Source: Nitrospirota bacterium
Lineage (GTDB): Bacteria > Nitrospirota > UBA9217
Length of the DNA stretch: 64,000 nt
NCBI GenBank assembly: GCA_963796285.1
Contig: CAWCKW010000012.1
Coordinates: forward strand, 1,991,635 to 2,055,634
Direction of reading: 5' to 3'
The translations under genes and the position numbers were made by a program. Within the stretch, counting starts at the first letter, position 1; every line of letters begins with the position of its first letter. The notes below the pieces were generated by a model. That model was not told the origin of the DNA. It worked only from the letters and a program-made list of their open reading frames with translations, and ran no database searches. This document shows positions 41,857 through 51,496 of this stretch, in pieces.

Positions 41857-42930
41857 ATGGACAGCGCAATATTCAACCAGATCCTTCACATTGCCTTCGA
41901 AAAAAAGGTCTCGGACATCCATTTTGAGGTCGACAACCCGCCGATGTTCCGGGCGCGCGGCCATCTTATTCGCTCCAAGCTCGGGAACCTGACAAAAAAA
42001 GATACTGAGTTCGTCGCTACCGCGGTCATGGAGCAGCACAAGCGGAAGCTGCCCGAGGACTTGAAGGAATTTGATACGTCCTATACCCTGCCGAATGTCG
42101 GCCGCTTCCGGGTGAGCATCTTCCGTCAGCGCGGCAATCTCGGCGTTGTTATGCGCGTTATCCCTCACCAGATAGGTACGTTCGAGGAGTTGCATCTTCC
42201 GCCGGTGCTCGGCAAGATCTCGCAGGCTCCGAACGGCCTGATCCTCGTCACCGGGCCGACCGGCAACGGCAAATCAACAACGCTTGCTTCCATGATGCGG
42301 TTTATCAATGATAACTTCGATTACAATATCATTACGATCGAGGACCCGATCGAGTTTCTGTTCACATCGAACAAAAGCTGCATCATCCAGCGAGAGGTGG
42401 GCATCGATACGGACAGCTTCAGCGCTGCGCTGCGGTCCGCAATGCGCATGAATCCGGACGTCATCATGGTCGGAGAGATGCGCGATCTCGATACAATAGA
42501 CGCCTGTGTGAAGGCCTCCGAGACGGGGCATCTGGTATTGACAACGTTTCATACCCAGAATACGGCTTCGTCCATCAACCGGATCATTGGTTATTTCCCG
42601 GCCCAGGCGCAGGAGAATGCCAGAAACAGACTGGCGGAGAGCCTGATCGCGATTATCTCGTTGAGGCTGGTAAGAGGGAAAAGCGACGAAACGGTTCTGC
42701 CTGTCCTTGAAGTGATGTATGCAACTTCCACCATCAAGGCGTGCATCAGGGACAATCACCTCGACGAGATCGAGCAGTATATCGAACGGGGACGCGACGA
42801 ATACGGCATGCAGACAATGGACCAGCATCTCATTCAGCTCTGCAAAGCGGACCTCATAACTCTCGAGGAGGCAAAGCGCACCTCTCACTCAAAGGACCTT
42901 GAGCGAAAACTGATGTACGGTGAATCATAA
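41857..42930 (+). CDS. pilT: PilT/PilU-family type IV pilus ATPase
   Basis: SDIH, GPTGNGKST, TIEDPIE, QREVG.DT, PDVIMVGEMRD, TGHLV..T.H, GMQTMDQ. Confidence 0.88.
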   Translation: MDSAIFNQILHIAFEKKVSDIHFEVDNPPMFRARGHLIRSKLGNLTKKDTEFVATAVMEQHKRKLPEDLKEFDTSYTLPNVGRFRVSIFRQRGNLGVVMRVIPHQIGTFEELHLPPVLGKISQAPNGLILVTGPTGNGKSTTLASMMRFINDNFDYNIITIEDPIEFLFTSNKSCIIQREVGIDTDSFSAALRSAMRMNPDVIMVGEMRDLDTIDACVKASETGHLVLTTFHTQNTASSINRIIGYFPAQAQENARNRLAESLIAIISLRLVRGKSDETVLPVLEVMYATSTIKACIRDNHLDEIEQYIERGRDEYGMQTMDQHLIQLCKADLITLEEAKRTSHSKDLERKLMYGES

Positions 42931-42942
42931 TTGGATCTATGT

Positions 42943-43098
42943 GGGTCATCTAATTACAAGTATCGCTCTTTTTTTTCAGTATCGATCCGTTTTCTGAAGG
43001 TTACCTAAGTTGGCACTTGTCCCAGCCTGCATCGATTTTTTTGGGCGGCGCAGGGGAAAGTCAGCATCAATTAGCTTTACCCCAACCCCGCACGTCCC
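42943..43098 (+). repeat. dispersed element, inverted partner of 39481-39620
   Basis: 48/53-nt match; shorter relatives near 44813-44840 and 48896-48922. Confidence 0.7.
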
Positions 43099-43175
43099 CG
43101 GAGCAGCCCTGACTGCTTGGGTACGTTGAGCGGAGCAAAAAATGGTGCAGGGTGCAACATGGAAAGAAAACAACC

Positions 43176-43622
43176 ATGAAAGTAGCTGAAATAATCACGC
43201 AGGCCCTGGAGCAAAAGGGGTACCAGAACATGCGCTCCGCAGCGAAGCCCCTCGGTATAAGCCTGGAGCTTCTGAGGCTCACGGTCAAAAAGGGACACAT
43301 CCCGAAGGATTCCATCCTCGAGAAGATAGCGGACAAGCTCGGCCTGGACCGGACCGCATTGCTCCTGGCAGCGCACAAGGAGAAGTTCCCCTTCGACGTG
43401 AAAGGGTATTTCCTTACTCCGTCAAAGAAAATAAAGTTCGAGAAGAGGCGGGTCTGGCCCCTTTCCGAGGAGCAGTGCAGCTATCTCGAGAAGATCCTGA
43501 AAGAGCAGGAGATCCAGATCATCAGGAAGTTCCGACAGATCCCGGACGAGGAAAAGGCTCGGATCGCAGACTATCTCGACTATACCTGGGCGATGAAGAA
43601 GATCACGATAAAGAAACCATAG
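43176..43622 (+). CDS. XRE-like helix-turn-helix protein
   Basis: MRSAAKPLGIS...GHIP....LEKIADKLGLD, and a C-terminal IIRKFRQIP.EEK segment typical of XRE proteins. Confidence 0.65.
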   Translation: MKVAEIITQALEQKGYQNMRSAAKPLGISLELLRLTVKKGHIPKDSILEKIADKLGLDRTALLLAAHKEKFPFDVKGYFLTPSKKIKFEKRRVWPLSEEQCSYLEKILKEQEIQIIRKFRQIPDEEKARIADYLDYTWAMKKITIKKP

Positions 43623-43646
43623 GATCACCCATATACGGGCTGGTTG

Positions 43647-44747
43647 TGGGCACGCAAGAAAGCCCCTGCCAGGAAGTCCACGATCCTTTTTTTTTTCTGC
43701 ACCCCAGTTCACAGGTCCGCGCAGGCATGCACTGATGTTACCAGTTATCACCCTCTTCTGCTGTCGCAGCGCTCCACCCTCGCCATGTAAACAGGGCTCG
43801 GCCGCGTCTGCCTGGTCTTGTGGGTTAATTATCTTTATCCAGCATCGCATGCTTGTGCGCGAACCTGTTCATGGGATGCAGGGGGTTTTGGAAAAGCAAA
43901 AGCTTTGAGTCTTTATTCTTTTGCCCCCCATGCGAAAATTTAGGCAGGCGATTGAGTCCGAGGGTGAAGCATTTCGGACCGAAATGTACTGAGGACGATT
44001 GAGCATGCCGTGAAGAATTTTCGCCGGGTGCCCTTCTTTGGGTCACCTTTCTTGGGCACGCAAGAAAGGTGACAAAGCATAAGCAAACCCTTGCCAGGAA
44101 GTCCACGATCCTTGTTTTTTTTCTGCACCCCAGTTCACAGGTCCGCGCAGGCATGCACTGATGTTACCAGTTATCACCCTCTTCTGCTGTCGCAGCGCTC
44201 CACCCTCGCCATGTAAACAGGGCTCGGCCGCGTCTGCCTGGTCTTGTGGGTTAATTATCTTTATCCAGCATCGCATGCTTGTGCGCGAACCTGTTCATGG
44301 GATGCAGCGGGTTTTGGAAAACCAAAAGCTTTGAGTCTTTACTTTTTGGCCCCCCCATGCGAAAATTTAGGCAGGCGATTGAGTCCGAGGGTGAAGCATT
44401 TCGGACCGAAATGTACTGAGGACGATTGAGCATGCCGTGAAGAATTTTCGCCGGGTGCCCTTCTTTGGGTCACCTTTCTTGGGCACGCAAGAAAGGTGAC
44501 AAAGCATAAGCAAGCCCCTGCCAGGAAGTCCACGATCCTTGTTTTTTTTCTGCACCCCAGTTCACAGGTCCGCGCAGGCATGCACTGATGTTACCAGTTA
44601 TCACCCTCTTCTGCTGTCGCAGCGCTCCACCCTCGCCATGTAAACAGGGCTCGGCCGCGTCTGCCTTGTCTTGTGGGTTAATTATCTTTATCCAGCATCG
44701 CATGCTTGTGCGCGAACCTGTTCATGGGATGCAGGGGCCTCTGGAAA
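43647..44747 (+). repeat. structured composite repeat, array 2 (5'-truncated copy plus two full copies, period 427 bp)
   Basis: ATGCGAAAATT at 43930 and 44357; near-identical units. Confidence 0.95.
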
Positions 44748-44964
44748 AGCAAAGAACTAAAGCTGCGGCCTTATCCAGGCGTCAGGCGTGGCCCTAAAAA
44801 AAGTATAAGAGTCTTTTACCCCAACCCCACACCATCCCCCGAAGTCCTAATAATACAGCCCTGTATAACACGAGCTGTCACCTTTTATTGAAATTTGCTA
44901 TGCTTAATAAAGGAAAACCGACATCGACCAGCAGGATGATACAACTTAAGCGGGAGGGTTGGCA

Positions 44965-45940
44965 ATGAAAGCGATCATGGTCACGGTCTATGGCGACGCG
45001 GATGTGCTGAAACTGACGGACACCGCGCCCGTGCCGAAGCCCGGCGCGAGCGAGGCGCTCGTTAAGATCCACGCGGCAGGCGTGAACTTTGTGGACATCT
45101 ACCACCGGCGGGGAACTTATCCCCTGAAGCTTCCCTTCATTCCCGGTCGGGAGGCAGCGGGAGTGGTGGAAGCAATCGGAGAAAAGGTCTCCGGGTTCCG
45201 GCCGGGGGACCGGGTCGCCTATACCGGGCACGCCGGGAGCTACAGCGAGTACTCAACGATCCCTGCCTCGCTGCTCATCCCGCTGCCCGACAGCCTCTCG
45301 TTCACGGAAGGGGCTGCGTTCCCCCTCCAGGGGATGACGGCGCACTACCTCCTGCACGAATTTCGCAGAGTAAAGCCCGGAGATATCGTCCTGGTCCACG
45401 CCGCGGCAGGCGGCGTGGGCGGGCTGCTCGTGCAGTGGGCCAAGCATCTCGGCGCTGAGGTCATCGGAACGGTCGGGACCGACGAGAAGGCGGCCGCGGC
45501 ACGGGACATTGGGTGCCGATCACGTGATCATCTATACCAGGCAGGATTTTGTTGCTGAGACGAAACGTCTGACAGGCGGCCGTGGAGCGGATCTCATCAT
45601 TGACGGAGTGGGAAAGAGCACGTTTACCGGCAACCTGGAGGCAGTCGCGGTCCACGGCCACGTGGTGATCTTCGGCGCTGCCAGCGGCCCGGCTGACCCC
45701 GTTGTTCCGAACAGCCTCATGGCGAAGTCGATCTCCCTTTCCGGAGGAAGCCTTGTCAATTTCATGGCCGCGGGAGAGGAACTGCACCGCAGGTCCGGGG
45801 AGGTTCTGAACGCTATCAGGGAAGGATGGCTGAAGCTGCGGATCGACCGAGTGCTGTTGCTCGCTGAAGCGGAGAAGGCACATCGACTGCTCGAAGGCCG
45901 GCAGACCATGGGCAAGGTCGTGCTGAAGGTGGCGGATTAG
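44965..45940 (+). pseudogene. qor: zeta-crystallin-type quinone oxidoreductase with one frameshift near 45511
   Basis: AAGVNFVD, PGREAAG, TAHYLL, HAAAGGVG, then GADHVI...DGVGK in the next frame; likely an extra G. Confidence 0.8.
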
Positions 45941-46189
45941 ACGGGCTGCTATGGGCAAGTAGGGAAGGTGGTTGAGCTGTGGGGCCGGATCTTCATTTGC
46001 TACATGCTGGTCAGCATGGAAGATTTGGCCCGATAAGTCCCTTCCAGGGCGTCCAAATGCGAATTGTCAAGCCGCAAGACCTGATGAGACCCTAGCGGGT
46101 CTACGCAACAGATGCAATAACATCCCCCTCGGGTGCCCGTGGAAGGGTCTTCTCTAGTGTGGTAAGTATCACAGTGGAATCAGATTTTG

Positions 46190-46333
46190 TTAAGATCCAA
46201 TACGCGACCCTAAAAGGCTGTTTTTTACTTCAAGCGTGCGCGTCGTCTGATTGTCCTTCTTGTGATGTTCATGCTTCGTTGATTTCTGCTTCTGGCTCTT
46301 CTCTTTGTTCTTCTTGCCGCCCTTGTCTCCCAT
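46190..46333 (-). CDS. small basic protein MGDKGGKKNKEKSQKQK... (47 aa)
   Basis: GGGAGG RBS; paralog of 31040-31174. Confidence 0.7.
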   Translation of the reverse strand: MGDKGGKKNKEKSQKQKSTKHEHHKKDNQTTRTLEVKNSLLGSRIGS

Positions 46334-46480
46334 CGTACGCCTCCCTTATGCATCTGGATATAGTATAGTGTATATAAACATTATATCATAGCTTCTTGTT
46401 TTCTATTAGTTGTACAGGGGGACATAGGGGAATAGTACGTCCGGCGCTATCAGCAATCAAGAAGCAATTACGCTTCTTTG

Positions 46481-47327
46481 CCCCCCCCATGCGAAAATTT
46501 AGGCAGGCGATTGAGTCCGAGGGTGAAGCATTTCGGACCGAAATGTACTGAGGACGATTGAGCATGCCGTTAAGAATTTTCGCCGGGTGCCCTTCTTTGG
46601 GTCACCTTTCTTGGGCACGCAAGAAAGGTGACAAAATAAAAGCAAACCCCTGCCAGGAAGTCCACGATCCTTGTTTTTTTTCTGCACCCCAGTTCACAGG
46701 TCCGCGCAGGCATGCACTGATGTTACCAGTTATCATCCTCTTCTGCTGTCGCAGCGCTCCACCCTCGCCATGTAAACAGGGCTCGGCCGCGTCTGCCTGG
46801 TCTTGTGGGTTAATTATCTTTATCGAGCATCGCATGCTGTGTGCGCGAACCTGTTCATGGGATGCAGGGGGTTTTGGAAAGGCAAAGGCTTCTGAGGACT
46901 ATCGCGTTTTAGCCTCCCCATGCGAAAATTTAGGCAGGCGATCGAGTCCGAGGGTGAAGCATTCGGCTTCGCCCAAGGGCGAGTTTCCGAAATGTACTGA
47001 GGACGATTGAGCATGCCGTTAAGAATTTCCGCCGGGTGCCCTTCTTTGGGTCACCTTTCTTGGGCACGCAAGAAAGGTGACAAAATAAAAGCAAACCCCT
47101 GCCAGGAAGTCCACGATCCTTGTTTTTTTTCTGCACCCCAGTTCACAGGTCCGCGCAGGCATGCACTGATGTTACCAGTTATCACCCTCTTCTGCTGTCG
47201 CAGCGCTCCACCCTCGCCATGTAAACAGGGCTCGGCCGCGTCTGCCTGGTCTTGTGGGTTAATTATCTTCATCGAGCATCGCATGCTGGTGCGCGAACCT
47301 GTTCATGGGATGCAGGGGCTCTGGAAA
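46481..47327 (+). repeat. structured composite repeat, array 3 (two full copies, period 431 bp)
   Basis: ATGCGAAAATT at 46489 and 46920. Confidence 0.95.
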
Positions 47328-47447
47328 AACAAAGGACTAATATTACGGCATTTCCCCTATGTCAGGACTGACCCTAAGAGGTTGCATGTATTTAATTATG
47401 AGATATAATTATATAAAGAAGATGTTTCATTCGACAGGAGGTTGGAT

Positions 47448-47648
47448 ATGAAGACATTACCTGATAAATGCGTGGATATCAATTCGGTCGGTTCCTTCTG
47501 CGGCTGCATTGGGGAGGAATCCGTGGATCCGGCGGCAAAGGCATTCTGCGACCGGGCGAAAACCGATAAGAACATCACCGGCGATAATCTGGCCGAGTTG
47601 AAAATGGCGCTGATGGATCTGGAAGATGAGGCATGCTGCGATTGCTAG
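47448..47648 (+). CDS. small Cys-rich protein (MKTLPDKC...CGC...CCDC)
   Basis: AGGAGG RBS; 66 aa, 7 Cys. Confidence 0.7.
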   Translation: MKTLPDKCVDINSVGSFCGCIGEESVDPAAKAFCDRAKTDKNITGDNLAELKMALMDLEDEACCDC

Positions 47649-47707
47649 GGAAGAATGCCGGACATTATTCCCCAAAATGTCTCTTGCTGTTCAGACCCTC
47701 TGATGTT

Positions 47708-47741
47708 AAAAAAGGCCGCTGAGTTGAACTCAGCGGCCTTT
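47708..47741. terminator. intrinsic terminator, probably bidirectional
   Basis: AAAGGCCGCTGAGT/ACTCAGCGGCCTTT stem between convergent genes. Confidence 0.8.
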
Positions 47742-47769
47742 GGTTTGCAACGTCCCGGGTACTCCGGTA

Positions 47770-48141
47770 TCAGCGGAGGATACCGCCGGAGAAGATGATG
47801 CTGTCGAACGTACGATTCAATGTCTTGCTCGTGAAATTCTTCATCTCCATGCCGGGCTGACACGTCACTTCCTGCCCGACCTTGACCGGCGTAGCCGGTA
47901 AGGCGACCCAGGTTTTCTTTCCGTCATGCTCAAGGGAAACATAGGTATAGCCGCCGGAGTTCATCGTTTCCACCACTTTCCCGGAAAGAGAAATCGCGGG
48001 GGGTTGCGGCATAGTTGCGGCGGGTTGTGCCTGAGTCGCGGATGCAGGGACAGGGACATCTTTCTTGGTTTTATTACAGCCACTGGCTATGACAACACAC
48101 AAAACACATACTGCAACTACCAATGTAGAACGTTTCATCAT
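47770..48141 (-). CDS. lipoprotein with OB-fold-like domain
   Basis: ASGC lipobox; GKVVETMNSGGYTY...WVA.P....VG, M.NF.SKTL.RTFD.I.F. Confidence 0.75.
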   Translation of the reverse strand: MMKRSTLVVAVCVLCVVIASGCNKTKKDVPVPASATQAQPAATMPQPPAISLSGKVVETMNSGGYTYVSLEHDGKKTWVALPATPVKVGQEVTCQPGMEMKNFTSKTLNRTFDSIIFSGGILR

Positions 48142-48369
48142 CGATCTCCTTGTTTGTAGGTAACGGCACTCGATCAGCTGAACGAGGTGAGCGGTACGTA
48201 ATATTTTGACGGAGCGTATTTTACTGTTTTTTTTACGAACATGCAAGCCGTTTTTTGCCGGCTTTTTTTACGAAGGATGAGTTGAGGCTCAGAGCGCGAG
48301 ATAATAAACTTCGGATCAACCTGATAGCTGCGAAGTGATGATCTTCGACGCTGACCCAAAGCCTCTGCC

Positions 48370-49148
48370 TTTCTAAAGCCCCTGCATCCCATGAACAGGG
48401 CCGCGCACAAGCATGCGATGCTCGATAAAGATAATTAAACCACAAGACCAGGCAGACACGGCCGAGCAAATGTTCCATGGCGAGGGGAAGTGCTGCGGCA
48501 GCAGAAGAGGATGATAACTGGTAACATCCGTGCATGCCTGCGCGGACCTGTGAACTGGGGTGCAGAAAAAATAACAAGGATCTTGGACTTCCTGGCAGGG
48601 ATTTGTTTATGCTTTGTCACCTTTCTTGCGTGCCCAAGAAAGGTAACCGAAAGAAGGGCACCCGGCGAAAATCCTTTACGGCATGCTCGGTCGTCCTCAG
48701 TACATTTCGGAAACAGCCTGCATTCGTTTATGGCCGCGTCTTCGCAAGAGCAGGCTACGGTTCCACTCATAAACGCTGGCCGCAGGCTCGCCAACCTGCG
48801 GGCTCAGACAGTCCGCAATCGCGGTTCACCCTCGAAACGCTGGGTCGCAGGCCTAGATTTCCGCATCGGAAGATTCTGGTGAAACTCGTGTAGACCTACC
48901 CCAAATGTCCCCGGGGCTGCCCAAAGAACATTTTTGGGCACCCGTCTTCGCCTAAGAACGCGTTCCAGAACTGCCTGCATCCCAGAACGTTTATGAGTAG
49001 AACCATGCATGCTCATTGCGAAGACGCAAGCCAGGTAGACGCGGCCGGGCGTCTGAGGCGAGGGCGAAGCGCTGCGGAGGCGAGCAGGAATATGGTTTAT
49101 AAGATCAATGCATGCCTGCGCGGACCTGAAAATTGGGGTGTAGAAAAA
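48370..49148 (-). repeat. reverse-strand diverged copies of the composite repeat (48370-48870 with nested insertion; 48963-49148 module B only)
   Basis: reverse complements of the unit's modules; nested hairpin at 48715-48788. Confidence 0.85.
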
Positions 49149-49230
49149 CAGCGAAAGAGATGTACAAAAAACATTTCGTAAGGGCATTGCTGCATGCTTT
49201 TCTTGTTGACTAGGTTGTCTTTGTGCCCAC

Positions 49231-49704
49231 TCAATAAGTGAGATGAGCCTTTATTTTACTCACCAGCTCGTCCAGCAGCGCTGCCTGCGCGAAATTGATC
49301 TTTTTTTTCGCTTCGTCAACCGTGAACCATCCCGCCCGGTCCACTTCCGGAAAATCCCGCACACTCCCGGACTTTGGCGGCCATTCGAGCGCGAACGTGT
49401 TGCTCCTGATCGCGTCTGCGTCGCAGTCACCCTCCGTAGCCCAGGCAAGGACGATCTTGCCGCCTTTCTGCTTGATCGGCGAGAGCGGTGTGAACGGGCC
49501 CTCCAGCCCGCATCCCGTCTCTTCTTCGAATTCCCTCCGGGCCGCGGCAAGCGCGTCCTCCCCCTCGTCGAGCTCTCCTTTCGGCACCGACCAGGCCCCT
49601 GCGTCCTTGTTCGCAAAGAACGGCCCGCCCGGATGAATGAGGAAGACCCGGAGCACGTCATCCTTCCTTCTATATAAGAGGATACCTGCGCTGGTCTTGG
49701 GCAT
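49231..49704 (-). CDS. NUDIX hydrolase
   Basis: SAGILLY, HPGGP, WSVPKG...AARREFEEETG, FPEVDRA.WF. Confidence 0.88.
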   Translation of the reverse strand: MPKTSAGILLYRRKDDVLRVFLIHPGGPFFANKDAGAWSVPKGELDEGEDALAAARREFEEETGCGLEGPFTPLSPIKQKGGKIVLAWATEGDCDADAIRSNTFALEWPPKSGSVRDFPEVDRAGWFTVDEAKKKINFAQAALLDELVSKIKAHLTY

Positions 49705-49749
49705 AGGATGTGGCGATATAGTCATACATTCGGAAGCGCCAGGGAAGCG

Positions 49750-50598
49750 CTATTGCGACCTATCGACGCTTCCTTCCAGGTCAGTCGGAACGACAAGAAC
49801 GATGTCGGCAAGGCCTTTGCACGCATCGTCAAACCCGGGCGTGTCCCTGCTGACCGAAGAGATGGTCCGGACCTGGACCTCCCGATCATATAGTTTGATG
49901 TACCAGCAGATCCCGCCGTAGTTCTTTGAATGATAATCACCGTTATAATGAAGGAACAGCTCCTGCTGACCGCGGTTCTTCAGGATAAACCACGCCATGG
50001 TGGCGTCCTTGACCGCCTGTGCGGCGACGAAGTTCTGCGCGTCCCGATGCGCTCCATGGGCCATGCCGATCTCCATGACCTTCCCGTATCCCGGGGCTGA
50101 AAGGTCCAGCGGAATCGGAAGCGGAGCGATCGATCTCTTTGCCTCATCGGACAGACGTTCCAGCGCCTTCATTCCCTCCCGGGCCACGAGGGCGGCATAG
50201 CGCCTCGGGATATTGGTCGCGATGAACCGAAGTCCGTGCTCTTTGGCAACATCAACGAGCGGACGGTAGTCGCTTTCGTAATTATCCCAGACCTTGGCCT
50301 CCTGCGCCAGGTGCTTATGCTCGATGAGCCCTGCCAGATATTCATCCACGATCAGCTGGTTGTCCGCCTCCAGCATCTCCGCGCCGAGCACCAGATCGCC
50401 CTTCCTGATCTCAACAAGGTCTTGCGTCAATTCCAGCTGCAGCCAATGGACCAGCGGGTGATCGTGGATCTCGCCGAACAGGATGACATCGGCCCGGACG
50501 CAGCTGTCCAGCATTTCCCGGTACCCGAGCTCCTTCCCTCCCCCGTCATAGAGGCGATACAACGGCTTGTTGTCCGGAATTTGCCCGTGCTGTCGCAT
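49750..50598 (-). CDS. second ChaN-family protein
   Basis: LFGEIHD.P..HWLQ, GAEMLEAD, ATNIPRRYA, AQAVKDATMA, NG.YHS. Confidence 0.8.
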   Translation of the reverse strand: MRQHGQIPDNKPLYRLYDGGGKELGYREMLDSCVRADVILFGEIHDHPLVHWLQLELTQDLVEIRKGDLVLGAEMLEADNQLIVDEYLAGLIEHKHLAQEAKVWDNYESDYRPLVDVAKEHGLRFIATNIPRRYAALVAREGMKALERLSDEAKRSIAPLPIPLDLSAPGYGKVMEIGMAHGAHRDAQNFVAAQAVKDATMAWFILKNRGQQELFLHYNGDYHSKNYGGICWYIKLYDREVQVRTISSVSRDTPGFDDACKGLADIVLVVPTDLEGSVDRSQ

Positions 50599-50740
50599 AT
50601 CGACTTCTTCCTCTCACTTTGCTTACACAGGCCCGGATCTTTACGGTCAGGTCAAGCGGATTCACTTTTACCTGTCACCCTTCACAATCCTGCTCACCGA
50701 GGAGTAGTGCGGACCCGGATGCGAGGCAATTTTCTGCGGT

Positions 50741-51415
50741 TCATTTGGTTATTGGGTCCAGCGTGATCTCTACGCGTCGATTCCTGGCCCGGCCTTCAGC
50801 AGTATCGTTGCCGGCAACCGGATGTGCTTCACCATGGCCGATGGCCGCCAGGCGCTCTTTGGCCACCCCCCTGCTGTGCAGATAAAGGGCCACGGTGGTA
50901 GCGCGTTTTTCCGAAAGTTTCTGGTTATAATCGGCCGAACCCGTGCTGTCGGTATATCCCGCCACGGTGACCAGCGTGGATTTATATTCCTGCAGCACCG
51001 TGGTTACGGAATCCAGCACAGCAAAGAACCTTGAATCGAGGCTCGAGCTGTTGGTCTCAAAGGTGACATCGCCCGGCATCACGAGGCTGATATCGTTTCC
51101 CCTGCGCACCACATGCACTCCTGTTCCTTCCAGGTTCTGGCGCAATTTGGCCTCTTGCACATCCATGTAATATCCCGCGCCTCCACCGGCAATGGCGCCG
51201 ACACCGCCGGCGATCAAAGCATTCTCCACTCGATGCCCCCTGCTGGCCGTGGCCGCGCCCAATATTGCGCCCACAACGCCGCCTATGGTCGCACCCTCGG
51301 TGACCTTGGATGTCTGCTTTTCCTCGGTATAGGGATTAACGGTGGTACATGCAGGCAGGGCGATCGAAGAAACACCCGCCCACAAAACAAGCACCCTAAC
51401 AGCCATCCTTTTCAT
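50741..51415 (-). CDS. OmpA-family lipoprotein (YiaD-like)
   Basis: LPAC lipobox, glycine zipper, GYTDSTG..YN..LSEKRA, GRARNRRVEI. Confidence 0.9.
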   Translation of the reverse strand: MKRMAVRVLVLWAGVSSIALPACTTVNPYTEEKQTSKVTEGATIGGVVGAILGAATASRGHRVENALIAGGVGAIAGGGAGYYMDVQEAKLRQNLEGTGVHVVRRGNDISLVMPGDVTFETNSSSLDSRFFAVLDSVTTVLQEYKSTLVTVAGYTDSTGSADYNQKLSEKRATTVALYLHSRGVAKERLAAIGHGEAHPVAGNDTAEGRARNRRVEITLDPITK

Positions 51416-51496
51416 ACAGTCCCTCCTTTGTTCCTGAATAGGTGTGTCAAAACAATTGCTGCAGATACCGGAGTTTTCATATACAACGTACCGAAG

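Noticed and set aside
43985-44020. Hammerhead ribozyme core (CTGAGGA) in the repeat unit
   Set aside because: The required downstream GAAA is not conserved (GTAAAG/GTGAAG/GTTAAG across copies) and stems I/III cannot be built
43825-44703. Recurrent ORFs inside the repeat (MQKKNKDRG..., MRCWIKIINPQ..., MPARTCELG...)
   Set aside because: Frames and lengths change between copies through homopolymer and loop indels, and there is no RBS; treated as shadows of a non-coding repeat
43647-44747. CRISPR array interpretation of the tandem repeats
   Set aside because: Units are ~400 bp with short, partly conserved linkers, unlike CRISPR repeat/spacer geometry, and no cas genes are present
29838-45940. 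Programmed frameshifting in chaN, mug or qor
   Set aside because: No canonical slippery site with a stimulatory structure is evident; single-base sequencing indels are more parsimonious
46081-46110. CTGATGA-GACCC-tagc-GGGTC hammerhead-like segment
   Set aside because: Stem II is followed by TACGC rather than GAAA; better explained as part of the AAGACCTGA tag region
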